DNA from: Rebecca billardiae RCC1528
Lineage: Eukaryota; Protista; Haptophyta
Reading direction: 5' to 3'
Assembly: GCA_965240325.2 (NCBI GenBank)
Contig: OZ251253.1
Coordinates: forward strand, 864,233-928,232
Length of the DNA stretch: 64,000 nucleotides
Shown piece after piece: positions 45,805 through 58,029 of this stretch. Position 1 is the first letter of the stretch; each line of letters opens with the position of its first letter. Below the pieces are notes generated by a model, which saw nothing but the letters and a program-made list of their open reading frames with translations, did not search any database and was not told the origin of the DNA. A program made the translations under genes and the position numbers.

Positions 45805-48800
45805 GCAACCTTGGCCGCCACCCGAGCTACGCGCGCTGGGCCGCACTGGCTCGCTCTGGGTGCCGCCCGGCGCTCACCGAAGGCGCGGCAGTTATTTATC
45901 TCGGTCGGGTGAGTGGCGGCCGAGTGTCACGACGCGCAGGGGGCGCCGGCGGCCTTCGCCAGGTGCTCCAGGCCGCGCAAAAGGTCGAATGCAACCTTGG
46001 CCGCCACCCGAGCTACGCGCGCTGGGCCGCACTGGCTCGCTCTGGGTGCCGCCAGGCGCTCACCGAAGGCGCTGCAGTTATTCATCTCGGTCGGGTGAGT
46101 GGCGGCCGAGTGTCACGACGCGCAGGGGGCGCCGGCGGCCTTCGCCAGGTGCTCCAGGCCGCGCAAAAGGTCGAATGCAACCTTGGCCGCCACCCGAGCT
46201 ACGCGCGCTGGGCCGCACTGGCTCGCTCTGGGTGCCGCCCGGCGCTCGCCGCGGCAGTTATTCATCTCGGTCGGGTGAGTGGCGGCCGAGTGTCACGATG
46301 CGCAAGGGGCGCCGGCGGCCTTCGCCAGGTGCTCCAGGCCGCGCAAAAGGTCGAATGCAACCTTGGCCGCCACCCGAGCTACGCGCGCTGGGCCGCCGAC
46401 TGGCTCGCTCTGGGTGCCGCCCTGCGCTCACAAGGCGCGGCAGTTATTCATCTCGGTCGGGTGAGTGGCGGCCGAGTGTCACGATGCGCAGGGGGCGCCG
46501 GCGGCCTTCGCCAGGTGCTCCAGGCCGCGCAAAAGGTCGAATGCAACCTTGGCCGCCACCCGAGCTACGCGCGCTGGGCCGCACTGGCTCGCTCTGGGTG
46601 CCGCCCGGCGCTCACCGCGGCAGTTATTTATCTCGGTCGGGTGAGTGGCGGCCGAGTGTCACGATGCGCAAGGGGCGCCGGCGGCCTTCGCCAGGTGCTC
46701 CAGGCCGCGCAAAAGGTCGAATGCAACCTTGGCCGCCACCCGAGCTACGCGCGCTGGGCCGCACTGGCTCGCTCTGGGTGCCGCCCGGCGCTCGCCGCGG
46801 CAGTTATTCATCTCGGTCGGGTGAGTGGCGGCCGAGTGTCACGATGCGCAAGGGGCGCCGGCGGCCTTCGCCAGGTGCTCCAGGCCGCGCAAAAGGTCGA
46901 ATGCAACCTTGGCCGCCACCCGAGCTACGCGCGCTGGGCCGCCGACTGGCTCGCTCTGGGTGCCGCCCTGCGCTCACAAGGCGCGGCAGTTATTCATCTC
47001 GGTCGGGTGAGTGGCGGCCGAGTGTCACGATGCGCAGGGGGCGCCGGCGGCCTTCGCCAGGTGCTCCAGGCCGCGCAAAAGGTCGAATGCAACCTTGGCC
47101 GCCACCCGAGCTACGCGCGCTGGGCCGCACTGGCTCGCTCTGGGTGCCGCCCGGCGCTCGCCGCGGCAGTTATTCATCTCGGTCGGGTGAGTGGCGGCCG
47201 AGTGTCACGATGCGCAAGGGGCGCCGGCGGCCTTCGCCAGGTGCTCCAGGCCGCGCAAAAGGTCGAATGCAACCTTGGCCGCCACCCGAGCTACGCGCGC
47301 TGGGCCGCCGACTGGCTCGCTCTGGGTGCCGCCCTGCGCTCACAAGGCGCGGCAGTTATTCATCTCGGTCGGGTGAGTGGCGGCCGAGTGTCACGATGCG
47401 CAGGGGGCGCCGGCGGCCTTCGCCAGGTGCTCCAGGCCGCGCAAAAGGTCGAATGCAACCTTGGCCGCCACCCGAGCTACGCGCGCTGGGCCGCACTGGC
47501 TCGCTCTGGGTGCCGCCCGGCGCTCACCGCGGCAGTTATTTATCTCGGTCGGGTGAGTGGCGGCCGAGTGTCACGATGCGCAAGGGGCGCCGGCGGCCTT
47601 CGCCAGGTGCTCCAGGCCGCGCAAAAGGTCGAATGCAACCTTGGCCGCCACCCGAGCTACGCGCGCTGGGCCGCACTGGCTCGCTCTGGGTGCCGCCCGG
47701 CGCTCACCGAAGGCGCGGCAGTTATTCATCTCGGTCGGGTAAGTGGCGGCCGAGTGTCACGATGCGCAGGAGCCGCCGGCGGCCTTCGCCAGATGCTCCA
47801 GGCCGCGCAAAAAGGTCGAATGCAACCTTGGCCGCCACCCGAGCTACGCGCGCTGGGCCGCACTGGCTCGCTCTGGGTGCCGCCCTGCGCTCACCGAAGG
47901 CGCGGCAGTTATTCATCTCGGTCGGGTGAGTGGCGGCCGAGTGTCACGATGCGCAGGGGGCGCCGGCGGCCTTCGACAGGTGCTCCAGGCCGCGCAAAAG
48001 GTCGAATGCAACCTTGGCCGCCACCCGAGCTACGCGCGCTGGGCCGCACTGGCTCGCTCTGGGTGCCGCCCGGCGCTCGCCGCGGCAGTTATTCATCTCG
48101 GTCGGGTGAGTGGCGGCCGAGTGTCACGATGCGCAGGAGCCGCCGGCGGCCTTCGCCAGATGCTCCAGGCCGCGCAAAAAGGTCGAATGCAACCTTGGCC
48201 GCCACCCGAGCTACGCGCGCTGGGCCGCACTGGCTCGCTCTGGGTGCCGCCCGGCGCTCACAAGGCGCGGCAGTTATTCATCTCGGTCGGGTGAGTGGCG
48301 GCCGAGTGTCACGATGCGCAGGGGGCGCCGGCGGCCTTCGCCAGGTGCTCCAGGCCGCGCAAAAGGTCGAATGCAACCTTGGCCGCCACCCGAGCTACGC
48401 GCGCTGGGCCGCACTGGCTCGCTCTGGGTGCCGCCCGGCGCTCACTGAAGGCGCGGCAGTTATTCATCTCGGTCGGGTGAGTGGCGGCCGAGTGTCACGA
48501 TGCGCAGGGGGCGCCGGCGGCCTTCGCCAGGTGCTCCAGGCCGCGCAAAAGGTCGAATGCAACCTTGGCCGCCACCCGAGCTACGCGCGCTGGGCCGCAC
48601 TGGCTCGCTCTGGGTGCCGCCCGGCGCTCACCGAAGGCGCGGCAGTTATTCATCTCGGTCGGGTAAGTGGCGGCCGAGTGTCACGATGCGCAGGAGCCGC
48701 CGGCGGCCTTCGCCAGGTGCTCCAGGCCGCGCAAAAGGTCGAATGCAACCTTGGCCGCCACCCGAGCTACGCGCGCTGGGCCGCACTGGCTCGCTCTGGG

Positions 48801-51800
48801 TGCCGCCCGGCGCTCACCGAAGGCGCGGCAGTTATTCATCTCGGTCGGGTGAGTGGCGGCCGAGTGTCACGACGCGCAGGGGGCGCCGGCGGCCTTCGCC
48901 AGGTGCTCCAGGCCGCGCAAAAGGTCGAATGCAACCTTGGCCGCCACCCGAGCTACGCGCGCTGGGCCACACTGGCTCGCTCTGGGTGCCGCCCGGCGCT
49001 CACCGAAGGCGCGGCAGTTATTCATCTCGGTCGGGTGAGTGGCGGCCGAGTGTCACGATGCGCAGGAGCCGCCGGCGGCCTTCGCCAGATGCTCCAGGCC
49101 GCGCAAAAGGTCGAATGCAACCTTGGCCGCCACCCGAGCTACGCGCGCTGGGCCGCACTGGCTCGCTCTGGGTGCCGCCCGGCGCTCACCGAAGGCGCGG
49201 CAGTTGTTCATCTCGGTCGGGTAAGTGGCGGCCGAGTGTCACGATGCGCAGGAGCCGCCGGCGGCCTTCGCCAGATGCTCCAGGCCGCGCAAAAGGTCGA
49301 ATGCAACCTTGGCCGCCACCCGAGCTACGCGCGCTGGGCCGCACTGGCTCGCTCTGGGTGCCGCCCGGCGCTCACCGAAGGCGCGGCAGTTATTTATCTC
49401 GGTCGGGTGAGTGGCGGCCGAGTGTCACGACGCGCAGGGGGCGCCGGCGGCCTTCGCCAGGTGCTCCAGGCCGCGCAAAAGGTCGAATGCAACCTTGGCC
49501 GCCACCCGAGCTACGCGCGCTGGGCCGCACTGGCTCGCTCTGGGTGCCGCCCGGCGCTCACAAGGCGCGGCAGTTATTCATCTCGGTCGGGTAAGTGGCG
49601 GCCGAGTGTCACGATGCGCAGGGGGCGCCGGCGGCCTTCGCCAGGTGCTCCAGGCCGCGCAAAAGGTCGAATGCAACCTTGGCCGCCACCTGAGCTACGC
49701 GCGCTGGGCCGCACTGGCTCGCTCTGGGTGCCGCCAGGCGCTCACAAGGCGCGGCAGTTATTCATCTCGGTCGGGTAAGTGGCGGCCGAGTGTCACGATG
49801 CGCAGGAGCCGCCGGCGGCCTTCGCCAGGTGCTCCAGGCCGCGCAAAAGGTCGAATGCAACCTTGGCCGCCACCCGAGCTACGCGCGCTGGGCCGCACTG
49901 GCTCGCTCTGGGTGCTGCCCTGCGCTCACAAGGCGCGGCAGTTATTCATCTCGGTCGGGTGAGTGGCGGCCGAGTGTCACGACGCGCAGGGGGCGCCGGC
50001 GGCCTTCGCCAGGTGCTCCAGGCCGCGCAAAAGGTCGAATGCAACCTTGGCCGCCACCCGAGCTACGCGCGCTGGGCCGCACTGGCTCGCTCTGGGTGCC
50101 GCCCGGCGCTCACCGAAGGCGCGGCAGTTATTCATCTCGGTCGGGTGAGTGGCGGCCGAGTGTCACGACGCGCAGGGGGCGCCGGCGGCCTTCGCCAGGT
50201 GCTCCAGGCCGCGCAAAAGGTCGAATGCAACCTTGGCCGCCACCCGAGCTACGCGCGCTGGGCCACACTGGCTCGCTCTGGGTGCCGCCCGGCGCTCACC
50301 GAAGGCGCGGCAGTTATTCATCTCGGTCGGGTAAGTGGCGGCCGAGTGTCACGATGCGCAGGAGCCGCCGGCGGCCTTCGCCAGGTGCTCCAGGCCGCGC
50401 AAAAGGTCGAATGCAACCTTGGCCGCCACCCGAGCTACGCGCGCTGGGCCGCACTGGCTCGCTCTGGGTGCCGCCAGGCGCTCGCCGCGGCAGTTATTTA
50501 TCTCGGTCGGGTGAGTGGCGGCCGAGTGTCACGATGCGCAAGGGGCGCCGGCGGCCTTCGCCAGGTGCTCCAGGCCGCGCAAAAGGTCGAATGCAACCTT
50601 GGCCGCCACCCGAGCTACGCGCGCTGGGCCGCACTGGCTCGCTCTGGGTGCCGCCAGGCGCTCACAAGGCGCGGCAGTTATTCATCTCGGTCGGGTGAGT
50701 GGCGGCCGAGTGTCACGATGCGCAGGGGGCGCCGGCGGCCTTCGCCAGGTGCTCCAGGCCGCGCAAAAGGTCGAATGCAACCTTGGCCGCCACCTGAGCT
50801 ACGCGCGCTGGGCCGCACTGGCTCGCTCTGGGTGCCGCCCGGCGCTCGCCGCGGCAGTTATTCATCTCGGTCGGGTGAGTGGCGGCCGAGTGTCACGATG
50901 CGCAAGGGGCGCCGGCGGCCTTCGCCAGGTGCTCCAGGCCGCGCAAAAGGTCGAATGCAACCTTGGCCGCCACCCGAGCTACGCGCGCTGGGCCGCACTG
51001 GCTCGCTCTGGGTGCCGCCCGGCGCTCACCGAAGGCGCGGCAGTTATTTATCTCGGTCGGGTGAGTGGCGGCCGAGTGTCACGACGCGCAGGGGGCGCCG
51101 GCGGCCTTCGCCAGGTGCTCCAGGCCGCGCAAAAGGTCGAATGCAACCTTGGCCGCCACCCGAGCTACGCGCGCTGGGCCGCACTGGCTCGCTCTGGGTG
51201 CCGCCCGGCGCTCACCGAAGGCGCGGCAGTTATTCATCTCGGTCGGGTGAGTGGCGGCCGAGTGTCACGACGCGCAGGGGGCGCCGGCGGCCTTCGCCAG
51301 GTGCTCCAGGCCGCGCAAAAGGTCGAATGCAACCTTGGCCGCCACCCGAGCTACGCGCGCTGGGCCACACTGGCTCGCTCTGGGTGCCGCCCGGCGCTCA
51401 CCGAAGGCGCGGCAGTTATTCATCTCGGTCGGGTGAGTGGCGGCCGAGTGTCACGATGCGCAGGAGCCGCCGGCGGCCTTCGCCAGATGCTCCAGGCCGC
51501 GCAAAAGGTCGAATGCAACCTTGGCCGCCACCCGAGCTACGCGCGCTGGGCCGCACTGGCTCGCTCTGGGTGCCGCCCGGCGCTCACCGAAGGCGCGGCA
51601 GTTGTTCATCTCGGTCGGGTAAGTGGCGGCCGAGTGTCACGATGCGCAGGAGCCGCCGGCGGCCTTCGCCAGATGCTCCAGGCCGCGCAAAAGGTCGAAT
51701 GCAACCTTGGCCGCCACCCGAGCTACGCGCGCTGGGCCGCACTGGCTCGCTCTGGGTGCCGCCCGGCGCTCACCGAAGGCGCGGCAGTTATTTATCTCGG

Positions 51801-54800
51801 TCGGGTGAGTGGCGGCCGAGTGTCACGACGCGCAGGGGGCGCCGGCGGCCTTCGCCAGGTGCTCCAGGCCGCGCAAAAGGTCGAATGCAACCTTGGCCGC
51901 CACCCGAGCTACGCGCGCTGGGCCGCACTGGCTCGCTCTGGGTGCTGCCCGGCGCTCACAAGGCGCGGCAGTTATTCATCTCGGTCGGGTAAGTGGCGGC
52001 CGAGTGTCACGATGCGCAGGGGGCGCCGGCGGCCTTCGCCAGGTGCTCCAGGCCGCGCAAAAGGTCGAATGCAACCTTGGCCGCCACCTGAGCTACGCGC
52101 GCTGGGCCGCACTGGCTCGCTCTGGGTGCCGCCAGGCGCTCACAAGGCGCGGCAGTTATTCATCTCGGTCGGGTAAGTGGCGGCCGAGTGTCACGATGCG
52201 CAGGAGCCGCCGGCGGCCTTCGCCAGGTGCTCCAGGCCGCGCAAAAGGTCGAATGCAACCTTGGCCGCCACCCGAGCTACGCGCGCTGGGCCGCACTGGC
52301 TCGCTCTGGGTGCTGCCCTGCGCTCACAAGGCGCGGCAGTTATTCATCTCGGTCGGGTGAGTGGCGGCCGAGTGTCACGACGCGCAGGGGGCGCCGGCGG
52401 CCTTCGCCAGGTGCTCCAGGCCGCGCAAAAGGTCGAATGCAACCTTGGCCGCCACCCGAGCTACGCGCGCTGGGCCGCACTGGCTCGCTCTGGGTGCCGC
52501 CCGGCGCTCACCGAAGGCGCGGCAGTTATTCATCTCGGTCGGGTGAGTGGCGGCCGAGTGTCACGACGCGCAGGGGGCGCCGGCGGCCTTCGCCAGGTGC
52601 TCCAGGCCGCGCAAAAGGTCGAATGCAACCTTGGCCGCCACCCGAGCTACGCGCGCTGGGCCACACTGGCTCGCTCTGGGTGCCGCCCGGCGCTCACCGA
52701 AGGCGCGGCAGTTATTCATCTCGGTCGGGTAAGTGGCGGCCGAGTGTCACGATGCGCAGGAGCCGCCGGCGGCCTTCGCCAGGTGCTCCAGGCCGCGCAA
52801 AAGGTCGAATGCAACCTTGGCCGCCACCCGAGCTACGCGCGCTGGGCCGCACTGGCTCGCTCTGGGTGCCGCCAGGCGCTCGCCGCGGCAGTTATTTATC
52901 TCGGTCGGGTGAGTGGCGGCCGAGTGTCACGATGCGCAAGGGGCGCCGGCGGCCTTCGCCAGGTGCTCCAGGCCGCGCAAAAGGTCGAATGCAACCTTGG
53001 CCGCCACCCGAGCTACGCGCGCTGGGCCGCACTGGCTCGCTCTGGGTGCCGCCAGGCGCTCACAAGGCGCGGCAGTTATTCATCTCGGTCGGGTGAGTGG
53101 CGGCCGAGTGTCACGATGCGCAGGGGGCGCCGGCGGCCTTCGACAGGTGCTCCAGGCCGCGCAAAAGGTCGAATGCAACCTTGGCCGCCACCCGAGCTAC
53201 GCGCGCTGGGCCGCACTGGCTCGCTCTGGGTGCCGCCCGGCGCTCGCCGCGGCAGTTATTCATCTCGGTCGGGTGAGTGGCGGCCGAGTGTCACGACGCG
53301 CAGGGGGCGCCGGCGGCCTTCGCCAGGTGCTCCAGGCCGCGCAAAAGGTCGAATGCAACCTTGGCCGCCACCCGAGCTACGCGCGCTGGGCCGCACTGGC
53401 TCGCTCTGGGTGCCGCCCGGCGCTCACCGAAGGCGCGGCAGTTATTCATCTCGGTCGGGTGAGTGGCGGCCGAGTGTCACGACGCGCAGGGGGCGCCGGC
53501 GGCCTTCGCCAGGTGCTCCAGGCCGCGCAAAAGGTCGAATGCAACCTTGGCCGCCACCCGAGCTACGCGCGCTGGGCCACACTGGCTCGCTCTGGGTGCC
53601 GCCCGGCGCTCACCGAAGGCGCGGCAGTTATTCATCTCGGTCGGGTAAGTGGCGGCCGAGTGTCACGATGCGCAGGAGCCGCCGGCGGCCTTCGCCAGGT
53701 GCTCCAGGCCGCGCAAAAGGTCGAATGCAACCTTGGCCGCCACCCGAGCTACGCGCGCTGGGCCGCACTGGCTCGCTCTGGGTGCCGCCAGGCGCTCGCC
53801 GCGGCAGTTATTTATCTCGGTCGGGTGAGTGGCGGCCGAGTGTCACGATGCGCAAGGGGCGCCGGCGGCCTTCGCCAGGTGCTCCAGGCCGCGCAAAAGG
53901 TCGAATGCAACCTTGGCCGCCACCCGAGCTACGCGCGCTGGGCCGCACTGGCTCGCTCTGGGTGCCGCCAGGCGCTCACAAGGCGCGGCAGTTATTCATC
54001 TCGGTCGGGTAAGTGGCGGCCGAGTGTCACGATGCGCAGGAGCCGCCGGCGGCCTTCGCCAGGTGCTCCAGGCCGCGCAAAAGGTCGAATGCAACCTTGG
54101 CCGCCACCCGAGCTACGCGCGCTGGGCCGCACTGGCTCGCTCTGGGTGCCGCCCGGCGCTCACAAGGCGCGGCAGTTATTCATCTCGGTCGGGTGAGTGG
54201 CGGCCGAGTGTCACGACGCGCAGGGGGCGCCGGCGGCCTTCGCCAGGTGCTCCAGGCCGCGCAAAAGGTCGAATGCAACCTTGGCCGCCACCCGAGCTAC
54301 GCGCGCTGGGCCGCACTGGCTCGCTCTGGGTGCCGCCCGGCGCTCACCGAAGGCGCGGCAGTTATTCATCTCGGTCGGGTGAGTGGCGGCCGAGTGTCAC
54401 GACGCGCAGGGGGCGCCGGCGGCCTTCGCCAGGTGCTCCAGGCCGCGCAAAAGGTCGAATGCAACCTTGGCCGCCACCCGAGCTACGCGCGCTGGGCCAC
54501 ACTGGCTCGCTCTGGGTGCCGCCCGGCGCTCACCGAAGGCGCGGCAGTTATTCATCTCGGTCGGGTGAGTGGCGGCCGAGTGTCACGATGCGCAGGGGGC
54601 GCCGGCGGCCTTCGACAGGTGCTCCAGGCCGCGCAAAAGGTCGAATGCAACCTTGGCCGCCACCCGAGCTACGCGCGCTGGGCCGCACTGGCTCGCTCTG
54701 GGTGCCGCCCGGCGCTCGCCGCGGCAGTTATTCATCTCGGTCGGGTGAGTGGCGGCCGAGTGTCACGATGCGCAGGAGCCGCCGGCGGCCTTCGCCAGAT

Positions 54801-56670
54801 GCTCCAGGCCGCGCAAAAAGGTCGAATGCAACCTTGGCCGCCACCCGAGCTACGCGCGCTGGGCCGCACTGGCTCGCTCTGGGTGCCGCCCGGCGCTCAC
54901 AAGGCGCGGCAGTTATTCATCTCGGTCGGGTGAGTGGCGGCCGAGTGTCACGATGCGCAGGGGGCGCCGGCGGCCTTCGCCAGGTGCTCCAGGCCGCGCA
55001 AAAGGTCGAATGCAACCTTGGCCGCCACCCGAGCTACGCGCGCTGGGCCGCACTGGCTCGCTCTGGGTGCCGCCCGGCGCTCACTGAAGGCGCGGCAGTT
55101 ATTCATCTCGGTCGGGTGAGTGGCGGCCGAGTGTCACGATGCGCAGGGGGCGCCGGCGGCCTTCGCCAGGTGCTCCAGGCCGCGCAAAAGGTCGAATGCA
55201 ACCTTGGCCGCCACCTGAGCTACGCGCGCTGGGCCGCACTGGCTCGCTCTGGGTGCCGCCCGGCGCTCGCCGCGGCAGTTATTCATCTCGGTCGGGTGAG
55301 TGGCGGCCGAGTGTCACGATGCGCAAGGGGCGCCGGCGGCCTTCGCCAGGTGCTCCAGGCCGCGCAAAAGGTCGAATGCAACCTTGGCCGCCACCCGAGC
55401 TACGCGCGCTGGGCCGCACTGGCTCGCTCTGGGTGCCGCCCGGCGCTCACCGAAGGCGCGGCAGTTATTTATCTCGGTCGGGTGAGTGGCGGCCGAGTGT
55501 CACGATGCGCAGGGGGCGCCGGCGGCCTTCGCCAGGTGCTCCAGGCCGCGCAAAAGGTCGAATGCAACCTTGGCCGCCACCCGAGCTACGCGCGCTGGGC
55601 CGCACTGGCTCGCTCTGGGTGCCGCCCGGCGCTCACTGAAGGCGCGGCAGTTATTCATCTCGGTCGGGTGAGTGGCGGCCGAGTGTCACGATGCGCAGGG
55701 GGCGCCGGCGGCCTTCGCCAGGTGCTCCAGGCCGCGCAAAAGGTCGAATGCAACCTTGGCCGCCACCCGAGCTACGCGCGCTGGGCCGCACTGGCTCGCT
55801 CTGGGTGCCGCCCGGCGCTCGCCGCGGCAGTTATTCATCTCGGTCGGGTGAGTGGCGGCCGAGTGTCACGATGCGCAAGGGGCGCCGGCGGCCTTCGCCA
55901 GGTGCTCCAGGCCGCGCAAAAGGTCGAATGCAACCTTGGCCGCCACCCGAGCTACGCGCGCTGGGCCGCCGACTGGCTCGCTCTGGGTGCCGCCCTGCGC
56001 TCACAAGGCGCGGCAGTTATTCATCTCGGTCGGGTAAGTGGCGGCCGAGTGTCACGATGCGCAGGAGCCGCCGGCGGCCTTCGCCAGATGCTCCAGGCCG
56101 CGCAAAAGGTCGAATGCAACCTTGGCCGCCACCCGAGCTACGCGCGCTGGGCCGCACTGGCTCGCTCTGGGACTGGGTGCCGCCCGGCGCTCACTGAAGG
56201 CGCGGCAGTTGTTCATCTCGGTCGGGTAAGTGGCGGCCGAGTGTCACGATGCGCAAGGGGCGCCGGCGGCCTTCGCCAGGTGCTCCAGGCCGCGCAAAAG
56301 GTCGAATGCAACCTTGGCCGCCACCCGAGCTACGCGCGCTGGGCCGCACTGGCTCGCTCTGGGACTGGGTGCCGCCCGGCGCTCACTGAAGGCGCGGCAG
56401 TTGTTCATCTCGGTCGGGTAAGTGGCGGCCGAGTGTCACGATGCGCAGGGGCCGCCGGCGGCCTTCGCCAGGTGCTCCAGGCCGCGCAAAAGGTCGAATG
56501 CAACCTTGGCCGCCACCCGAGCTACGCGCGCTGGGCCGCCGACTGGCTCGCTCTGGGTGCCGCCCTGTGCTCACAAGGCGCGGCAGTTATTCATCTCGGT
56601 CGGGTGAGTGGCGGCCGAGTGTCACGATGCGCAGGGGGCGCCGGCGGCCTTCGCCAGGTGCTCCAGGCCG
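45805..56670. repeat. Subtelomeric satellite, 180-192 bp monomers, ~59 copies
   Basis: Unit GCAACCTTGGCCGCCACCCGAG...GCGCAAAAGGTCGAAT repeated head-to-tail; periodic 61-aa pseudo-ORFs in the track. Confidence 0.98.
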
Positions 56671-56681
56671 TAGAAGTATGT

Positions 56682-56794
56682 TTTCTCGAGATTGACCGAG
56701 CCGAATCCTCTCAAAATTGGAGGGCCTCTAGCCCTTCCCATTTCCATGGCAGAGCCCAAGTCTCGTTGAAATCGGTTCGGTCAATCTCGAGAAA
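56682..56794. repeat. 23-bp inverted repeat around a 67-bp spacer (second copy 60746-60858)
   Basis: TTTCTCGAGATTGACCGAGCCGA ... TCGGTTCGGTCAATCTCGAGAAA, one mismatch. Confidence 0.9.
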
Positions 56795-56815
56795 TTCCCA
56801 TTTTAGTACCGGCGA

Positions 56816-57164
56816 CCCTAACCACGACCCTAACCCTAACCCTTACCACGACCCTAACCCTTACCTGCGCCCTAACCCTTACCACGACCCTAACCCTTAC
56901 CTGCGCCCTAACCCTTACCTGCGCCCTAACCCTTACCTGCGCCCTAACCCTTACCTGCGCCCTAACCCTTACCTGCGCCCTAACCCTTACCTGCGCCCTA
57001 ACCCTTACCTGCGCCCTAACCCTTACCTGCGCCCTAACCCTTACCTGTGCCCTAACCCTTACCTGCGCCCTAACCCTTACCTGCGCCCTAACCCTTACCT
57101 GTGCCCTAACCCTTACCTGCGCCCTAACCCTTACCTGCGCCCTAACCCTCACCCTCACCCTCAC
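56816..57164 (-). repeat. Inverted telomere-variant 18-mer array (CCCTAACCCTTACCTGCG)n
   Basis: About 17-19 units, each containing CCCTAA, opposite in orientation to the terminal TTAGGG. Confidence 0.95.
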
Positions 57165-57641
57165 ATTGTACATTTGGAATGTAAATTGTACATTTGGGGT
57201 GTAGTACATTGTACATTCGGAAATGTACATTGTACATTCGGAATGTACATTGTACATTCGGAAATGTACATTGTACATTCGGAAATGTACATTGTACATT
57301 TGGATACATTGTACATTTGGAATGTAAATTTTACATTTGGAGTGTAGTACACTGTAGATTCGGAAATGTACATTGTACATTCGAAAATGCACATTGTACA
57401 TATGGAATGTACTACATTGTACATTCGGATCCATTCGATCATCAGATGTACAGCATGCAATCGAAAAGTGTACGAATGGTACACAGTGTACTGTTGCAAT
57501 GTACACTCTGATACATTCAGATGTATATCAATCAAAAGTTCACAAAGTGTACACATATATGTACATTCAAAATGCACATTCGGATACAGTCATATGTACA
57601 ACCAAGAAGTGTACAAAGTGTACAAATGTGTACATTCAAAA
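57165..57641. repeat. AT-rich TGTACA-palindrome minisatellite (degenerate ~21-mer)
   Basis: ACATTGTACATTCGGAAATGT variants with many TGTACA sites. Confidence 0.9.
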
Positions 57642-57930
57642 TAGGGTTAGGGTTAGGGTTAGGGTTAGGGTTAGGGTTAGGGTTAGGGTTAGGGTTAGGG
57701 TTAGGGTTAGGGTTAGGGTTAGGGTTAGGGTTAGGGTTAGGGTTAGGGTTAGGGTTAGGGTTAGGGTTAGGGTTAGGGTTAGGGTTAGGGTTAGGGTTAG
57801 GGTTAGGGTTAGGGGTTAAGGTAGGTTAGGGTTAGGGTTAGGTTAGGTTAGGGTTAGGGTTAGGGTTAGGGTTAGGGTTAGGGTTAGGGTTAGGGGTTAG
57901 GGTTAGGGTTAGGGTTAGGGTTAGGGTTAG

Positions 57931-57962
<32 letters not shown>

Positions 57963-57988
57963 GGTTAGGGTTAGGGTTAGGGTTAGGG

Positions 57989-58029
<41 letters not shown>

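Noticed and set aside
45805-56670. CRISPR array, 5S rRNA/tRNA array, or hammerhead/twister ribozyme array
   Set aside because: No unique spacers or cas genes; no 5S or tRNA resemblance; no CUGANGA/GAAA hammerhead core or twister core on either strand.
45713-57347. Long ORFs (up to 1289 aa) and many 61-aa ORFs in the satellite
   Set aside because: Translations of a GC-rich tandem repeat; 184-bp variants shift frame freely.
57816-57824. TTAAGGTAG matching the R2 retrotransposon 28S target core
   Set aside because: Nine bases easily derived from TTAGGG variants; no rDNA or R2 ORF present.
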